Below, in pieces: positions 1-9,404 of a DNA stretch of 64,000 nucleotides. The stretch is from Candidatus Magasanikiibacteriota bacterium. Its GTDB lineage: Bacteria > Patescibacteriota > Patescibacteriia > Magasanikbacterales > UBA922. Where the stretch lies: the NCBI GenBank assembly GCA_003510435.1, contig DOMK01000010.1, positions 41,487 through 105,486 of the forward strand. The letters run 5' to 3'. Position numbers and translations under genes: made by a program. The notes under the pieces were generated by a model. It did no database searches. It had not been told where the DNA came from and saw only the letters and a list, made by a program, of their open reading frames with translations. The stretch's first letter is position 1; each line of letters opens with the position of its first letter.

Positions 1-2
1 CT

Positions 3-791
3 ATTCACAAACTAGCTGAACGCACTCCTGGTTTTTCTGGTGCGGATTTGGAAAATTTGTTAAATGAAGCCGCGATCCTAACTGTGAGACGGGAGAAAAA
101 AATAATTGGTGAATCAGAAATTTTGGAAAGTATTGAAAAAGTTTTGCTTGGGCCAGAAAAAAGATCAAAAGTAATGACTGAGAAAGATAGAGAAATGACC
201 GCTTATCACGAAGCCGGCCATGCGATTGTGGGGCATTTTCTCAAGAACTGTGATCCAGTACGCAAGGTGTCAATTATTGGTCGAGGTATGGCTGGTGGTT
301 ATACTTTGTCTATGCCAGAAAAGGATGAGTACTACAAAACTCTGGCCAAGTTTAGAGATGATGTGGCCATGATTCTTGGTGGATATGCCACAGAAAAATT
401 AATCTATGGTGATGATCAATTATCAACCGGACCATCCAGTGATTTGAAAAAGGCGACCCAAATGGCGAGAGCCATGGTAGTGAAATATGGTATGAGTGAA
501 AAACTTGGGCCACGTCAATTTGGAGAAAACGAAGAAATGATTTTCTTAGCGCAAGAAATTCATGAAAAGAAAAATTATTCAGAAAAAGTGGCCGAAGTAA
601 TTGATGCGGAAATTGATAGAATATTGGATGAAGCTTTGCAAACTTCCGTGCGGATTATTAAAGAACATAGAAAACAAATGGATGAATTAGTTAAACATTT
701 GATGGAAAAAGAAACCATTGAACAAGAGGAATTTAGAAGGGTAATGAATGATGGTGTAGAGGAAAAAAAGGACGTGGTAGTAGAAGTGTAA
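3..791 (+). CDS. ftsH: ATP-dependent zinc metalloprotease FtsH, C-terminal part (5' truncated by window)
   Basis: Frame is open from base 3 (IHKLAERTPGFSGADLENLLNEAA); HEAGH zinc motif, GYT and M41 peptidase motifs. Confidence 0.97.
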   Translation: MHKLAERTPGFSGADLENLLNEAAILTVRREKKIIGESEILESIEKVLLGPEKRSKVMTEKDREMTAYHEAGHAIVGHFLKNCDPVRKVSIIGRGMAGGYTLSMPEKDEYYKTLAKFRDDVAMILGGYATEKLIYGDDQLSTGPSSDLKKATQMARAMVVKYGMSEKLGPRQFGENEEMIFLAQEIHEKKNYSEKVAEVIDAEIDRILDEALQTSVRIIKEHRKQMDELVKHLMEKETIEQEEFRRVMNDGVEEKKDVVVEV

Positions 792-854
792 AATGGAGAT
801 AGAAAACAAAAAAAGCTGACAAGACTTACAATGCTTGCAAGGCTTACAAAAATG

Positions 855-886
855 AAAACCACCCCGAGTACTCGGGGTGGGTTTTT
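855..886 (+). terminator. Intrinsic terminator after ftsH
   Basis: Perfect hairpin CCACCCCGAGT/ACTCGGGGTGG followed by a T run. Confidence 0.8.
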
Positions 887-941
887 GTTTAGTTATTTTT
901 TGTTCAGTGAAATCTTTTAATAATCAGTGTAATCAGTGTAT

Positions 942-963
942 AAAAAAACACCTCTAAAAGGTG
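942..963 (-). terminator. Intrinsic terminator of GC-rich unit 1
   Basis: Minus strand reads CACCT-TTTAG-AGGTG-TTTTTTT. Confidence 0.6.
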
Positions 964-1310
964 AAATCCAAGGGAGGAGGGCAGTGAAACGATTATCACT
1001 GCCCAAGCCTCTGGCGGGGGACCTTCCCGCCCGTTGTCGTCAACTACCGCTCGCGCAATAGTCAACAAACGTTTGTCGCTTGTCTGCCCCGACAGGATGT
1101 CGAGGAGCGATGGGTCCGGTGTCTGACTCCGAGGAGGTCCACGGCAGCGCATCACCAGCCTGGCCTGGGCTTGGTGACACGCGTTGGTGTCTCGGAGTCT
1201 CTGAGTTGGAGAACTCTGTGAAGCGTGTCGTTGCCGATGTGCTTCAATACCTTGTGGTCCCCGCTCGGGTAGTGGCTTCGGTCCGTCTCTGGACCTGGCC
1301 TTACCCTTCT
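964..1310 (-). ncRNA. Putative highly structured RNA (3' tail of GC-rich unit 1)
   Basis: Dense stems: GGGCAGTGA/TCACTGCCC, GGCGGG/CCCGCC, GACTCCGAG/CTCGGAGTC, TCACCA/TGGTGA, GAAGC..TCG-GCAA-CGA..GCTTC (GNRA loop on minus strand), GGGTA/TACCC; no credible ORF. Confidence 0.45.
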
Positions 1311-1313
1311 TCG

Positions 1314-1673
1314 CTACCGAGCGGGCTCGTCCGGGGGGTTGTCGCCCTCCACTTCGTCGACGTCGCTCCCGCCTGCGCCGTCTCCGGGGTTGTCCTCGGG
1401 GGTGACGAGGAACTCGGTTCCTTCCGGGAAGCAGTTCCCGGGGAAGAAGCGAGGCTCCATTCCCTTGCGCCCGATCGCGAAGTAGATACGTCCCCCGTCG
1501 ACTTCGACCCACGTGGTGCCACAGATGGCACCGAAGGCGGCCTTGGCCTTGCACGTGGCCGAGTACTTGAGGGACCAGTCCCCGTCGAGCAGGTTCAGGC
1601 GGAACCTACCCATCACACTTCCGACCTGGTCGAATTCCGTTTCCTCTTGGAGGACTTTCGCTCCGATCTCCAT
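1314..1673 (-). CDS. Orphan protein with acidic C-terminal tail, GC-rich unit 1 (about 119 aa)
   Basis: ORF 1314..1697; ATG at 1673 is preceded by SD-like GAGGGAG; lies downstream of a TTGACA promoter; high GC. Confidence 0.65.
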   Translation of the reverse strand: MEIGAKVLQEETEFDQVGSVMGRFRLNLLDGDWSLKYSATCKAKAAFGAICGTTWVEVDGGRIYFAIGRKGMEPRFFPGNCFPEGTEFLVTPEDNPGDGAGGSDVDEVEGDNPPDEPAR

Positions 1674-1723
1674 TCGGATCTCCCTCAATGCTACCACTTG
1701 TGAGTAGCGTTTCTATTGCACCA

Positions 1724-1752
1724 TTTTTATCATAAATACACAGGTTTGTCAA
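1724..1752 (-). promoter_or_regulatory. Sigma70-type promoter for GC-rich unit 1
   Basis: TTGACA-17 nt-TAAAAA(T) with TG extension on the minus strand; -10 imperfect. Confidence 0.55.
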
Positions 1753-1908
1753 GTCTGGTTTAGTCAAGAATTTAAAAATGTGGTATAATGTAAAATGCTT
1801 GCAAGGCTTACAACGCCTACAAAGCTTACAAAGAAAATATTTAATTTATTGTCTTGTCAGCCTTGTTGGCTTTTTAAGCTTTTATTTTATACTTTTAACT
1901 TCTGTAAT

Positions 1909-2889
1909 ATGAAAACTCCACTCTATCGCGAGGCCATAACTCATAGTTGGCAACTCGTTTGGAAACATAAAATGTTATGGTTATTTGGTTTGTTTGCGGC
2001 TTTTTTGGGTCAGATGGGACTCATGGATTTATTAACCAAAGTAAGTTTTGCTTCGAGCAAATATACTTATCCTAGTTGGGTTTCCTGGCCACAAGTAATG
2101 CAGGATTTGGTTAGTGGTATGGGATTTTTTTCCTTATCTATTGATGGCTGGACTTGGCTAGTTTGGCTTATTCTTATTTTGCTCGGACTGTGTATTACCA
2201 CAGTAGTGGTGGCAGTAGTATCTCAAGGTGCTTTGATTGATGCTTGTGCTCAATCTGCCAAAGATAAAGGTTTGCCCAGTGTTAGTCAGGCTTGGCATGT
2301 GGGTGTAAAACATTTTTGGCCTTTATTTGTTTTGAACTTGTTGAAAAAAATAGTTATGGCGGGTTTGGCTGGAGCGGTTGGGTATTCAGTTTTAAATTTT
2401 GTCTTACAATCTTCTGGCTGGGGTTTTTTGTTATTCCTGGTTTTATTTTTACTCTCGGTTTTGGTTGGTCTAGTTTTATCATTTTTGGTAGTTTACGCAG
2501 CTGGTTATGTGGTAATTGAAAAATATAATTTTAAAGAGGCAGTTGAGGCGGCTTGGATGTTGTTTATTGAACACTGGCTAGTATCAATTGAAGTTGGTTT
2601 GCTAGTTTTATTTTTAAATATTTTATTGGGAATTGTAGTGTTTCTTGGTTTTTGGATATTATTTTTACCAGTAGCTGTGGTTTGGTTTATTTCTGTCTTT
2701 ACTGCCAACTCAGCCTTGTGGATATCTGGCCTACTCGCTGGTATATTAATTTTCTTAGTATTTGTGGTTTGGGTAGGATCAATTTTTTCTGCATTTGTTA
2801 CTTCAATTTGGACTTACTTATTTATGAAAATGCATAAACATGGTATCAAGAGTAGATTATTGCATTGGTCTGGTCATCATAGAATTTAA
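1909..2889 (+). CDS. Multi-pass membrane protein (CPR-type hypothetical)
   Basis: About 6-7 hydrophobic segments. Start placed at MKTPLY; the upstream ORF extension runs through a repeat element. Confidence 0.8.
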   Translation: MKTPLYREAITHSWQLVWKHKMLWLFGLFAAFLGQMGLMDLLTKVSFASSKYTYPSWVSWPQVMQDLVSGMGFFSLSIDGWTWLVWLILILLGLCITTVVVAVVSQGALIDACAQSAKDKGLPSVSQAWHVGVKHFWPLFVLNLLKKIVMAGLAGAVGYSVLNFVLQSSGWGFLLFLVLFLLSVLVGLVLSFLVVYAAGYVVIEKYNFKEAVEAAWMLFIEHWLVSIEVGLLVLFLNILLGIVVFLGFWILFLPVAVVWFISVFTANSALWISGLLAGILIFLVFVVWVGSIFSAFVTSIWTYLFMKMHKHGIKSRLLHWSGHHRI

Positions 2890-2905
2890 TTTAGTTTTTT
2901 AAGTT

Positions 2906-4648
2906 ATGTCGGATTTGCCTTCAATCAGTAGTTTGCTTAAACCAAAAAAAGATGAAGAAATGGATGGACAAAATGTTCATCCTAGTTTACATATATCTTC
3001 ATCAGAAGTGGAAGAAAAATTTTCTAAGAAAATGACTCAAGTTGGTCTTAAACAAAAAGAAGAAGAAGCCCAAAGATTGGCTCAGTCTTTAGGTTATCCG
3101 CATATTGATTTGGCCAAGTTTCCTGTGAGTCACGAAGCCTTGCGTCAAGTGCCAAAAGAGGTGGCCGATGAATTGGGTGTAGTGTGTTTTTTTGCTACGT
3201 CAGATGAAGTCCGTCTTGGGGCTCTGGACCCCTCTATGTCAGAGGTACAGGAATTATTACATGAAGTTGAAGAAGATAATCATAGTAATGGGGCAATTTA
3301 TGTGATTTCAGAAAATAGTTTGGATAGTGTTTTAAAATTATATGCCAATTTGCCCGATGTAAAACCCATAAATAAAGATATAGAAGTCAAAGCCGAAGAT
3401 TTGGAAGCCGTACAATCTAATGTAAATGATTTTGCTTCTTTACAAGAGGCTTTAAATAAAAAATCAGCTAGTGATTTATTTATTTTGCTTTTAGGCGCGG
3501 CTCTAAAACTAGAAGCATCAGATCTTCATATTGAAGCTGAGGCAGACAACATTGCTGCTCGGTTACGTTTGGATGGAATGTTGCATGATGCCGCTAATTT
3601 GCCGAGAGAAGATTACAAAAAATTAATCAATCGGATAAAATTAGTTTCTGGTTTAAAGATTAATATAGTTGATAAACCACAAGATGGTCGGTTTACAATT
3701 AATTTGCCCGAAGGTGATGTAGACGTGCGTGTTTCTACCATGCCCACAGTTTATGGTGAAAGTGTTGTCATGCGTTTATTAAGGCAATCTTTATCAGGTT
3801 TGGATTTGGATAAACTAGGTTTGTCTGATGAAGACCGTGAAAAGTTGAAAATTCAAATTGTTCGTCCGACTGGGATGATTATAACCACTGGTCCGACTGG
3901 TTCTGGTAAGACAACAACCATGTATGCAATTTTGAAAATTTTAAATAAACCAGATGTAAAAATAATTACTTTGGAAGATCCAGTAGAATATAAAATGGAA
4001 GGGGTAAATCAAAGCCAAGTGGATGAAAAGAAAGGCTATACTTTTGCCAAGGGCTTAAAATCAATTTTGCGCCAGGATCCAGATATTGCCATGGTGGGAG
4101 AAATTCGTGATTTGGATACAGCTAGTACAGCTGTCCAAGGCGCTCTTACTGGCCATTTGATTTTATCCACTGTTCATACCAACAGTGCAGCTGGTTCGGT
4201 TTCTCGGTTTTTATCTTTTGGTGTAGAAACATTTTATTTAGCCCATGCACTCAATTGTGTAATTGGTCAGAGATTGGTGCGTAAAATTTGTCAGTCTTGT
4301 AAAAAAGTACATGAATTGACTGATAAAGAAAATCAAAGAGTAAAAGATATTATTGCCAATATGCCAGAAGACAAAAAGAAGATTGCGGAGAGTAAATCTT
4401 TTAATTTTTTTGAAAAAGTTGGTTGTGAAAAATGTAATGGTATTGGGTATAAGGGGCAGATAGGTATCTATGAAATTTTGCTTGTGACTCAAGATATAAA
4501 AGACAAAATTTTAGCGCGTAATGTTGCCGAGTATGAAATAGAAAAGACAGCTATCAGCCAGGGTATGAGTACTATGGTTCAGGATGGAGTTTTAAAAGCC
4601 TTGGATGGAATGACTTCTTTGGAAGAAATTTTTAGAGTGATTGAATAA
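2906..4648 (+). CDS. Type IV pilus/T2SS assembly ATPase, GspE/PilB family
   Basis: ASDLHIE, Walker A GPTGSGKTT, LRQDPD, GEIRD, HTN and tetracysteine CxxC...CxxC motifs. Confidence 0.93.
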   Translation: MSDLPSISSLLKPKKDEEMDGQNVHPSLHISSSEVEEKFSKKMTQVGLKQKEEEAQRLAQSLGYPHIDLAKFPVSHEALRQVPKEVADELGVVCFFATSDEVRLGALDPSMSEVQELLHEVEEDNHSNGAIYVISENSLDSVLKLYANLPDVKPINKDIEVKAEDLEAVQSNVNDFASLQEALNKKSASDLFILLLGAALKLEASDLHIEAEADNIAARLRLDGMLHDAANLPREDYKKLINRIKLVSGLKINIVDKPQDGRFTINLPEGDVDVRVSTMPTVYGESVVMRLLRQSLSGLDLDKLGLSDEDREKLKIQIVRPTGMIITTGPTGSGKTTTMYAILKILNKPDVKIITLEDPVEYKMEGVNQSQVDEKKGYTFAKGLKSILRQDPDIAMVGEIRDLDTASTAVQGALTGHLILSTVHTNSAAGSVSRFLSFGVETFYLAHALNCVIGQRLVRKICQSCKKVHELTDKENQRVKDIIANMPEDKKKIAESKSFNFFEKVGCEKCNGIGYKGQIGIYEILLVTQDIKDKILARNVAEYEIEKTAISQGMSTMVQDGVLKALDGMTSLEEIFRVIE

Positions 4649-4684
4649 AATAATTAATTTTTTAAATATTTATTTTTTTATAAT

Positions 4685-5821
4685 ATGACACCAATGAGAA
4701 AAGAAACAAATCTTGGTAATAATCAACCGGTTCGGCTTTATAAATTTATTGCTCTGACTTTTTTGTTGATTACAATTGCTCTGTTTTGTTTAATTGTCTT
4801 TATGTCTTCCAAAGAAGCTGTAATTACAATCACAACCAAGTCGGATCCAATTGATGCTAACAAGTATGTGGTGGTTGGTCCGAGGGGAGAATGGTCTGGG
4901 GTTGTAACTTCTACAATCGTAATGATGGAAAAAGATTTTAATCCAACTGGTAATCGAGAAGAACCAGCCGTGGCGACTGGAGTGGTGACTTTGTTAAATG
5001 AATCAAATGAAAATCAACCGTTGGTTGCTACCACCAGACTTTTGACTCCAGAAGGGATTTTATTTCGCTTAAAAGACAGAGTATTGGTACCAGCTGGTGG
5101 TACAGTGGAGGCCAATGTTTATGCTGACCAACCTGGAGCTGGTGGAAATATTGGTCCAGTGGAAAAATTTACTATCCCTGGGCTACGCGAAGATACTCAA
5201 AAAGTAATTTATGCTAAGAGTGTGTCGCCAATGTCTGGCGGGGTAAAGGTAATTGGAGTTTTGAGTGAGGTTGATGTAAAAAAATCTGAGGAAGTAATGC
5301 TTGCAACTTTGGAAGAACAAGGAAAAGCATTTTTATCAAAATTAAATATTAGTACTAATACAGTTTATAAAGTTATTGAGAGTAAATTTGAAAACAGTGC
5401 CACAGTCGGTACCGAAGTAGCAGGTTTTAAATTGAAGGGGCAAGCAACTGTTTTGGCAGTATTTTTTGATAATGCTAACGTGGAGACAGAAGCCACCACT
5501 TTACTCAGTAAACGTCTGGTGGATGAAGCAGAAAATTTATCTGAAGAAGGGGCTTCCCATTCAATTGTGTTGGATAGTTATGATCTGGCCAAAGGTACAG
5601 CGGTTTTACAGATTTTTTCCAATGGCAAGGTGAAATTAGATCCAGGTAGTAAACAATTAGATAAAATGGTTTTTTATGGTAAAACAAAAGATGAAGTCAG
5701 ACGCTATTTATTATCTTTAGATCATGTTCAGAGTGTGGATATCAGTTTCAAACCAGCGTGGATGAGGACTGTGCCCCATGTGGCTGACCATGTACAGGTA
5801 ATTGTGAAAGAGGTGGAGTAA
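4685..5821 (+). CDS. Single-TM protein resembling the baseplate J-like family common in CPR
   Basis: N-terminal TM; ATGVVTLLN..LVATTRL..GILFR..VPAG..A..PG..GNI..FTIPGL pattern. Confidence 0.7.
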   Translation: MTPMRKETNLGNNQPVRLYKFIALTFLLITIALFCLIVFMSSKEAVITITTKSDPIDANKYVVVGPRGEWSGVVTSTIVMMEKDFNPTGNREEPAVATGVVTLLNESNENQPLVATTRLLTPEGILFRLKDRVLVPAGGTVEANVYADQPGAGGNIGPVEKFTIPGLREDTQKVIYAKSVSPMSGGVKVIGVLSEVDVKKSEEVMLATLEEQGKAFLSKLNISTNTVYKVIESKFENSATVGTEVAGFKLKGQATVLAVFFDNANVETEATTLLSKRLVDEAENLSEEGASHSIVLDSYDLAKGTAVLQIFSNGKVKLDPGSKQLDKMVFYGKTKDEVRRYLLSLDHVQSVDISFKPAWMRTVPHVADHVQVIVKEVE

Positions 5822-5930
5822 TATCATTTAATTTCGAAGGAACATAGTGGCTGAGAAATCCCTTGTGTTAAATAAATGATTTATAAATTGAGATAAAATA
5901 GAGATATTGAAATATATAAAATATTGGTTA

Positions 5931-5959
5931 TTGACAATTTTTTGATAATATAATACTAT
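5931..5959 (+). promoter_or_regulatory. Sigma70 promoter of the T-box/GNAT/thrS unit
   Basis: TTGACA-17 nt-TACTAT. Confidence 0.75.
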
Positions 5960-5965
5960 ATAAAT

Positions 5966-6169
5966 AAGCGATTGATGTGGCTACCAACCATATTCTGCCT
6001 CTCCGGCAGATCCTGTTCAAAGGACTAAGCTTATAAATCGAGTTAAACTTTCGGGTGGAACCGTCCTAATAAAACACAGATGACGCGGATTTCTATGCGA
6101 ATGACGCAGATAACGCGAATTGTGATATTATTGAGACCCCGATACTACTAGTTAGTGTTGGGGTTTTTT
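5966..6169 (+). promoter_or_regulatory. Putative minimal T-box riboswitch (Thr, ACC specifier)
   Basis: Antiterminator TCGGG-[TGGAACC]-GTC pairs with GAC-CCCGA (6135-6142) and overlaps terminator 6136-6169; the 5' hairpin loop CTACCAA contains ACC; lies upstream of thrS. Confidence 0.75.
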
Positions 6170-6171
6170 AA

Positions 6172-6291
6172 TACACTGATTTCACTGATTTTGTGAGCCT
6201 GCCTGTGGGCAGGGATTTCACAGATTATAATAATCAGTGAAATCAATTTATAAATCAGTGCCTGCCTGCGCAGGCAGGTAATCAATGTTAT
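6172..6291. repeat. Inverted ACACTGATT/AATCAGTG repeat element carrying two CCTGCCTG..CAGG palindromes
   Basis: Same family at 905-940, 13418-13504, 24317-24372, 33028-33070, 39038-39148. Confidence 0.7.
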
Positions 6292-6837
6292 ATGAAAGGA
6301 CCAATTTTAAAAGGACCAAGAGTAACTTTGCGTCCAATGAAAGTTAGTGATGCGCCAAATTATGTGCGTTGGTTTAAGGATAAAGAAGTAATGAAATATT
6401 TTAATAATAACGTGTGGGGAATTAGTTTGGAAAAAGAAAAAAGCGCTATTAGATCTTTGCAAAGAAAAGTAAATAGTTTAAATTGGGCTGTAGAAGTGGA
6501 TGGATATCACATTGGTGGTACAGGAATAGTTTTGGATAAAAAGGCTGGTACAGGACGTTGGGGCATAGTGATTGGCGAAAAAAAAGAGTGGGGGAAAGGT
6601 TATGCTGTTGAAATTATTTATCTGTGTGCAGATTATTTTTTCAAAAAATTAAAAGGTGAAAGATTTGATTTAATGGTTGAAATGAAAAACGAAAAAGCTT
6701 TAAAAGCTTATAAAAAAGCTGGTTTTAAATTGGAAGGTGTAATGAGAAGTGCTGGTTATAATCCAAGGTTGAAAAAGAGAATAGATTCTGGTGTTATGAG
6801 TATTCTCCGTTCAGAATGGTTAAAATATAAAAAATAA
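6292..6837 (+). CDS. GNAT acetyltransferase, RimJ/RimL family
   Basis: LRP..D N-terminus, WGKGYA motif A, KAGFKLEG. Confidence 0.88.
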   Translation: MKGPILKGPRVTLRPMKVSDAPNYVRWFKDKEVMKYFNNNVWGISLEKEKSAIRSLQRKVNSLNWAVEVDGYHIGGTGIVLDKKAGTGRWGIVIGEKKEWGKGYAVEIIYLCADYFFKKLKGERFDLMVEMKNEKALKAYKKAGFKLEGVMRSAGYNPRLKKRIDSGVMSILRSEWLKYKK

Positions 6838-6841
6838 TTAT

Positions 6842-7387
6842 ATGAAAATAATTAAAGGTAAAAAAATATTATTGCGTCCACGTGAAATGAAGGACGTGTC
6901 GTATATTGTAAAGTGGTACGGAAATAAGGATCTTATGATGTATTATGGTCATGAAAAATATCGTGTAACAGAAGAACAAGAAAAGAAACATGTACTTGGT
7001 TTGAAGAAAAAAGATTGTGAGGAAGAAAGTTTTATGATTGTAACAGATGATGACCGTGTTATCGGGACGATTGGATTTGATAAAAATGAATGTAATCGGT
7101 ATGTTGGATTGTATATTATGATTGGTGATAAAAAATTTCAAGACAAAGGTTATGCACGCATGGCCATTAATCTAATGTTGGAATATATTTTTAAAGAGAA
7201 AACTTTTTTTAGGGTTGAATTGAATGTAAGCGAGCCTTATAAAAAAGCCCTTCATTTGTATGAGAGTATTGGATTTAAAAAAGAGGGTGTGCGCAGGAAA
7301 GCTGGGTGGAATAAAATTGCTAAAAATTATGAGAATGTTGTAGTTATGGGTATGTTGAAAGATGAATGGTTGAAGAACAAAAATTAA
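6842..7387 (+). CDS. GNAT acetyltransferase, RimJ/RimL family (paralog)
   Basis: QDKGYA, YESIGFKKEG; same length as and similar to the preceding gene. Confidence 0.88.
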   Translation: MKIIKGKKILLRPREMKDVSYIVKWYGNKDLMMYYGHEKYRVTEEQEKKHVLGLKKKDCEEESFMIVTDDDRVIGTIGFDKNECNRYVGLYIMIGDKKFQDKGYARMAINLMLEYIFKEKTFFRVELNVSEPYKKALHLYESIGFKKEGVRRKAGWNKIAKNYENVVVMGMLKDEWLKNKN

Positions 7388-7417
7388 TTTTACATTTATA
7401 ATAAATAACACCCTCGA

Positions 7418-7479
7418 AAAGGGATCCACCCTTACGGGTATCTTCGACCTCACCGTCTCATCGGCGGGTTCGGGATTAA
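7418..7479. repeat. REP-like palindromic element, family A (half copy)
   Basis: AAGGGATCC...GGGTTCGGGATTAA, matching 30358-30392 and 39788-39847. Confidence 0.65.
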
Positions 7480-7489
7480 GTTAAAAAAT

Positions 7490-9268
7490 ATGGAAAAAGA
7501 ACAATTGGAGGCCATGCGTCATTCATGCGAACATGCCTTAACAATGGCCATGATGCGTTTGTGGCCGGGGAAAATTAAAGCCGCTATGGGTCCAGCCACG
7601 GATGATGGATTTTATTTTGATTTTGATTCAGAAGTAAAAATTTCTGAAGCGGATTTTGATAAAATAGAAAAAGAAATGGCCAAGATTATCAAAGATAATT
7701 TGCCAATGATAAAAGACGAAATGACAGTGGCAGAAGCGAGAGAATTTTTTAGTCGTAATACTTATGAGGGCAATGAATATAAACATGAATGGTTAGATGA
7801 GATAGAAGGTAGAGGAGAAAAAGTCAGTGTATACTGGATGGGAGAAAAGGGTGGAGATATGCCAAATACTTTTGTGGATATTTGTTCTGGTCCTCATGTA
7901 GAATCTACTGGTAAAATTGGCGCTTTCAAATTATTAAAAGTCGCGGGAGCTTATTGGCATGGTGATGAAAAAAATAAAATGTTACAAAGAGTTTATGGCA
8001 CAGCTTTTGCTACCCAAGAAGATTTGGACAAGTATTTAACAATGATGGAAGAAGCCAAAAATCGTGATCATCGTAAATTGGGAGTAGAATTAGATTTGTT
8101 TACTTTTTCAGATTTGGTTGGTCCGGGTTTGGCTTTGTGGACGCCAAAAGGAACATTACTGCGCAATACTTTGGATGAATATGTGTGGCAACTTCGTAAA
8201 GAACGTGGTTATACCAAAGTGACTATTCCTCATATTACCAAAAAAGCTCTTTATGAAAAGAGTGGTCATTGGGATAAGTTTGCGACCGAATTATTTCACA
8301 TCACTACTCGCGAAGGCCATGAGTTTGCCATGAAGCCAATGAATTGTCCACACCATACGCAAATTTATGATCATGTCCGTCGGAGTTATCGTGAATTGCC
8401 CCAACGTTATGCTGAGACTACCATGGTTTATCGTGATGAACAAACTGGAGAACTGTCTGGTTTATCTCGTGTGCGTTGTATTACTCAGGACGATGCCCAT
8501 GTATTTTTGCGTGAATCACAAGTAAAAGAAGAAATTTTTAAGATTTGGGATATTATTGAAATTTTTTATAAAGCGACTGGCTTTGGCAAGATGCGCGTGC
8601 GTTTGTCATTTCATGATCCAGATCATTTTGAAAAATATCTTGGTGAAAAAGAAGTTTGGGAACGAACAGAAAATCAATTGCGCGAACTGGCTCAAGAGCG
8701 CGGAGTAGAAGTGTTTGAAGCCAAGGGAGAAGCCGCTATGTATGGACCAAAAGTAGACTTTATTGCGGTTGATTCTATTGGTCGTGAATGGCAAGTAGCC
8801 ACAGTTCAGCTAGATCGCAATTTGCCAGAACGATTTGATCTAAATTGTATAAATGAAAAAGGTGAACAAGAAAGAATTGTGATGCTCCATGCTGCAATTA
8901 TGGGTTCGATTGAACGTTTTCTATCTATTTTAATAGAACATCACGCCGGAGCTTTTCCAGTTTGGATGGCGCCTGTACAAATACAATTGGTACCAGTCTC
9001 AGCTAAGCATGTTGAGGGGGCAAAAAATTTACTAACAGAATTGGTAGAGCTGGGAATTAGAGTAGATATAGATGAGGCGGACGAAACTGTAGGAAATAAA
9101 GTGCGTAAAGCTGTAGGACAAAAAATTCCTTACATTGTCGTAGTGGGGGATAAAGAATTGGCTGGTGAAGATTGGATGATTCGCGTGCGTGGGCAAGAGA
9201 ACCAAGAAAAAATGAAGAAAGAAGAATTTGTAGAAAAAGTTTTAGATGAAACAAGAGAGAGGAAGTAA
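7490..9268 (+). CDS. thrS: Threonine--tRNA ligase (no N-terminal TGS domain)
   Basis: RHS..H, GPH editing domain, RDHRKLG, KPMNCP, GS(I)ERF. Confidence 0.98.
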   Translation: MEKEQLEAMRHSCEHALTMAMMRLWPGKIKAAMGPATDDGFYFDFDSEVKISEADFDKIEKEMAKIIKDNLPMIKDEMTVAEAREFFSRNTYEGNEYKHEWLDEIEGRGEKVSVYWMGEKGGDMPNTFVDICSGPHVESTGKIGAFKLLKVAGAYWHGDEKNKMLQRVYGTAFATQEDLDKYLTMMEEAKNRDHRKLGVELDLFTFSDLVGPGLALWTPKGTLLRNTLDEYVWQLRKERGYTKVTIPHITKKALYEKSGHWDKFATELFHITTREGHEFAMKPMNCPHHTQIYDHVRRSYRELPQRYAETTMVYRDEQTGELSGLSRVRCITQDDAHVFLRESQVKEEIFKIWDIIEIFYKATGFGKMRVRLSFHDPDHFEKYLGEKEVWERTENQLRELAQERGVEVFEAKGEAAMYGPKVDFIAVDSIGREWQVATVQLDRNLPERFDLNCINEKGEQERIVMLHAAIMGSIERFLSILIEHHAGAFPVWMAPVQIQLVPVSAKHVEGAKNLLTELVELGIRVDIDEADETVGNKVRKAVGQKIPYIVVVGDKELAGEDWMIRVRGQENQEKMKKEEFVEKVLDETRERK

Positions 9269-9282
9269 AAAAAGAGAAAATT

Positions 9283-9393
9283 AAAAATCCCCAACTTCGC
9301 TAAAGCTTCGCTGGGTAAACTAATCATAATATGTCTCAAAAATTATATTAGTTTGCCCTGCGTAGTCTGAAAGACGTAGCATGGGGATTTTTT
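9283..9393. repeat. Long composite hairpin between convergent genes (probable bidirectional terminator)
   Basis: AAAAATCCCCA...TGGGGATTTTT arms enclosing CTTCGCTAAAGCTTCG and AAACTAAT/ATTAGTTT stems. Confidence 0.6.
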
Positions 9394-9404
9394 TATCAAA
9401 TTAT

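Noticed and set aside
904-1707. Overlapping ORFs 904..1554, 1080..1703, 1301..1531, 1513..1707
   Set aside because: Shadow ORFs expected in GC-rich DNA; only 1314..1673 has a promoter, SD and protein-like composition.
4685-5821. Baseplate-J-like gene as a prophage or contractile system
   Set aside because: No other tail or phage genes nearby; has an N-terminal TM and housekeeping context.
5969-6040. tRNA gene (three hairpins with a GTTCAA loop)
   Set aside because: No 7-bp acceptor stem or proper D and anticodon arms; better explained as the T-box 5' domain.
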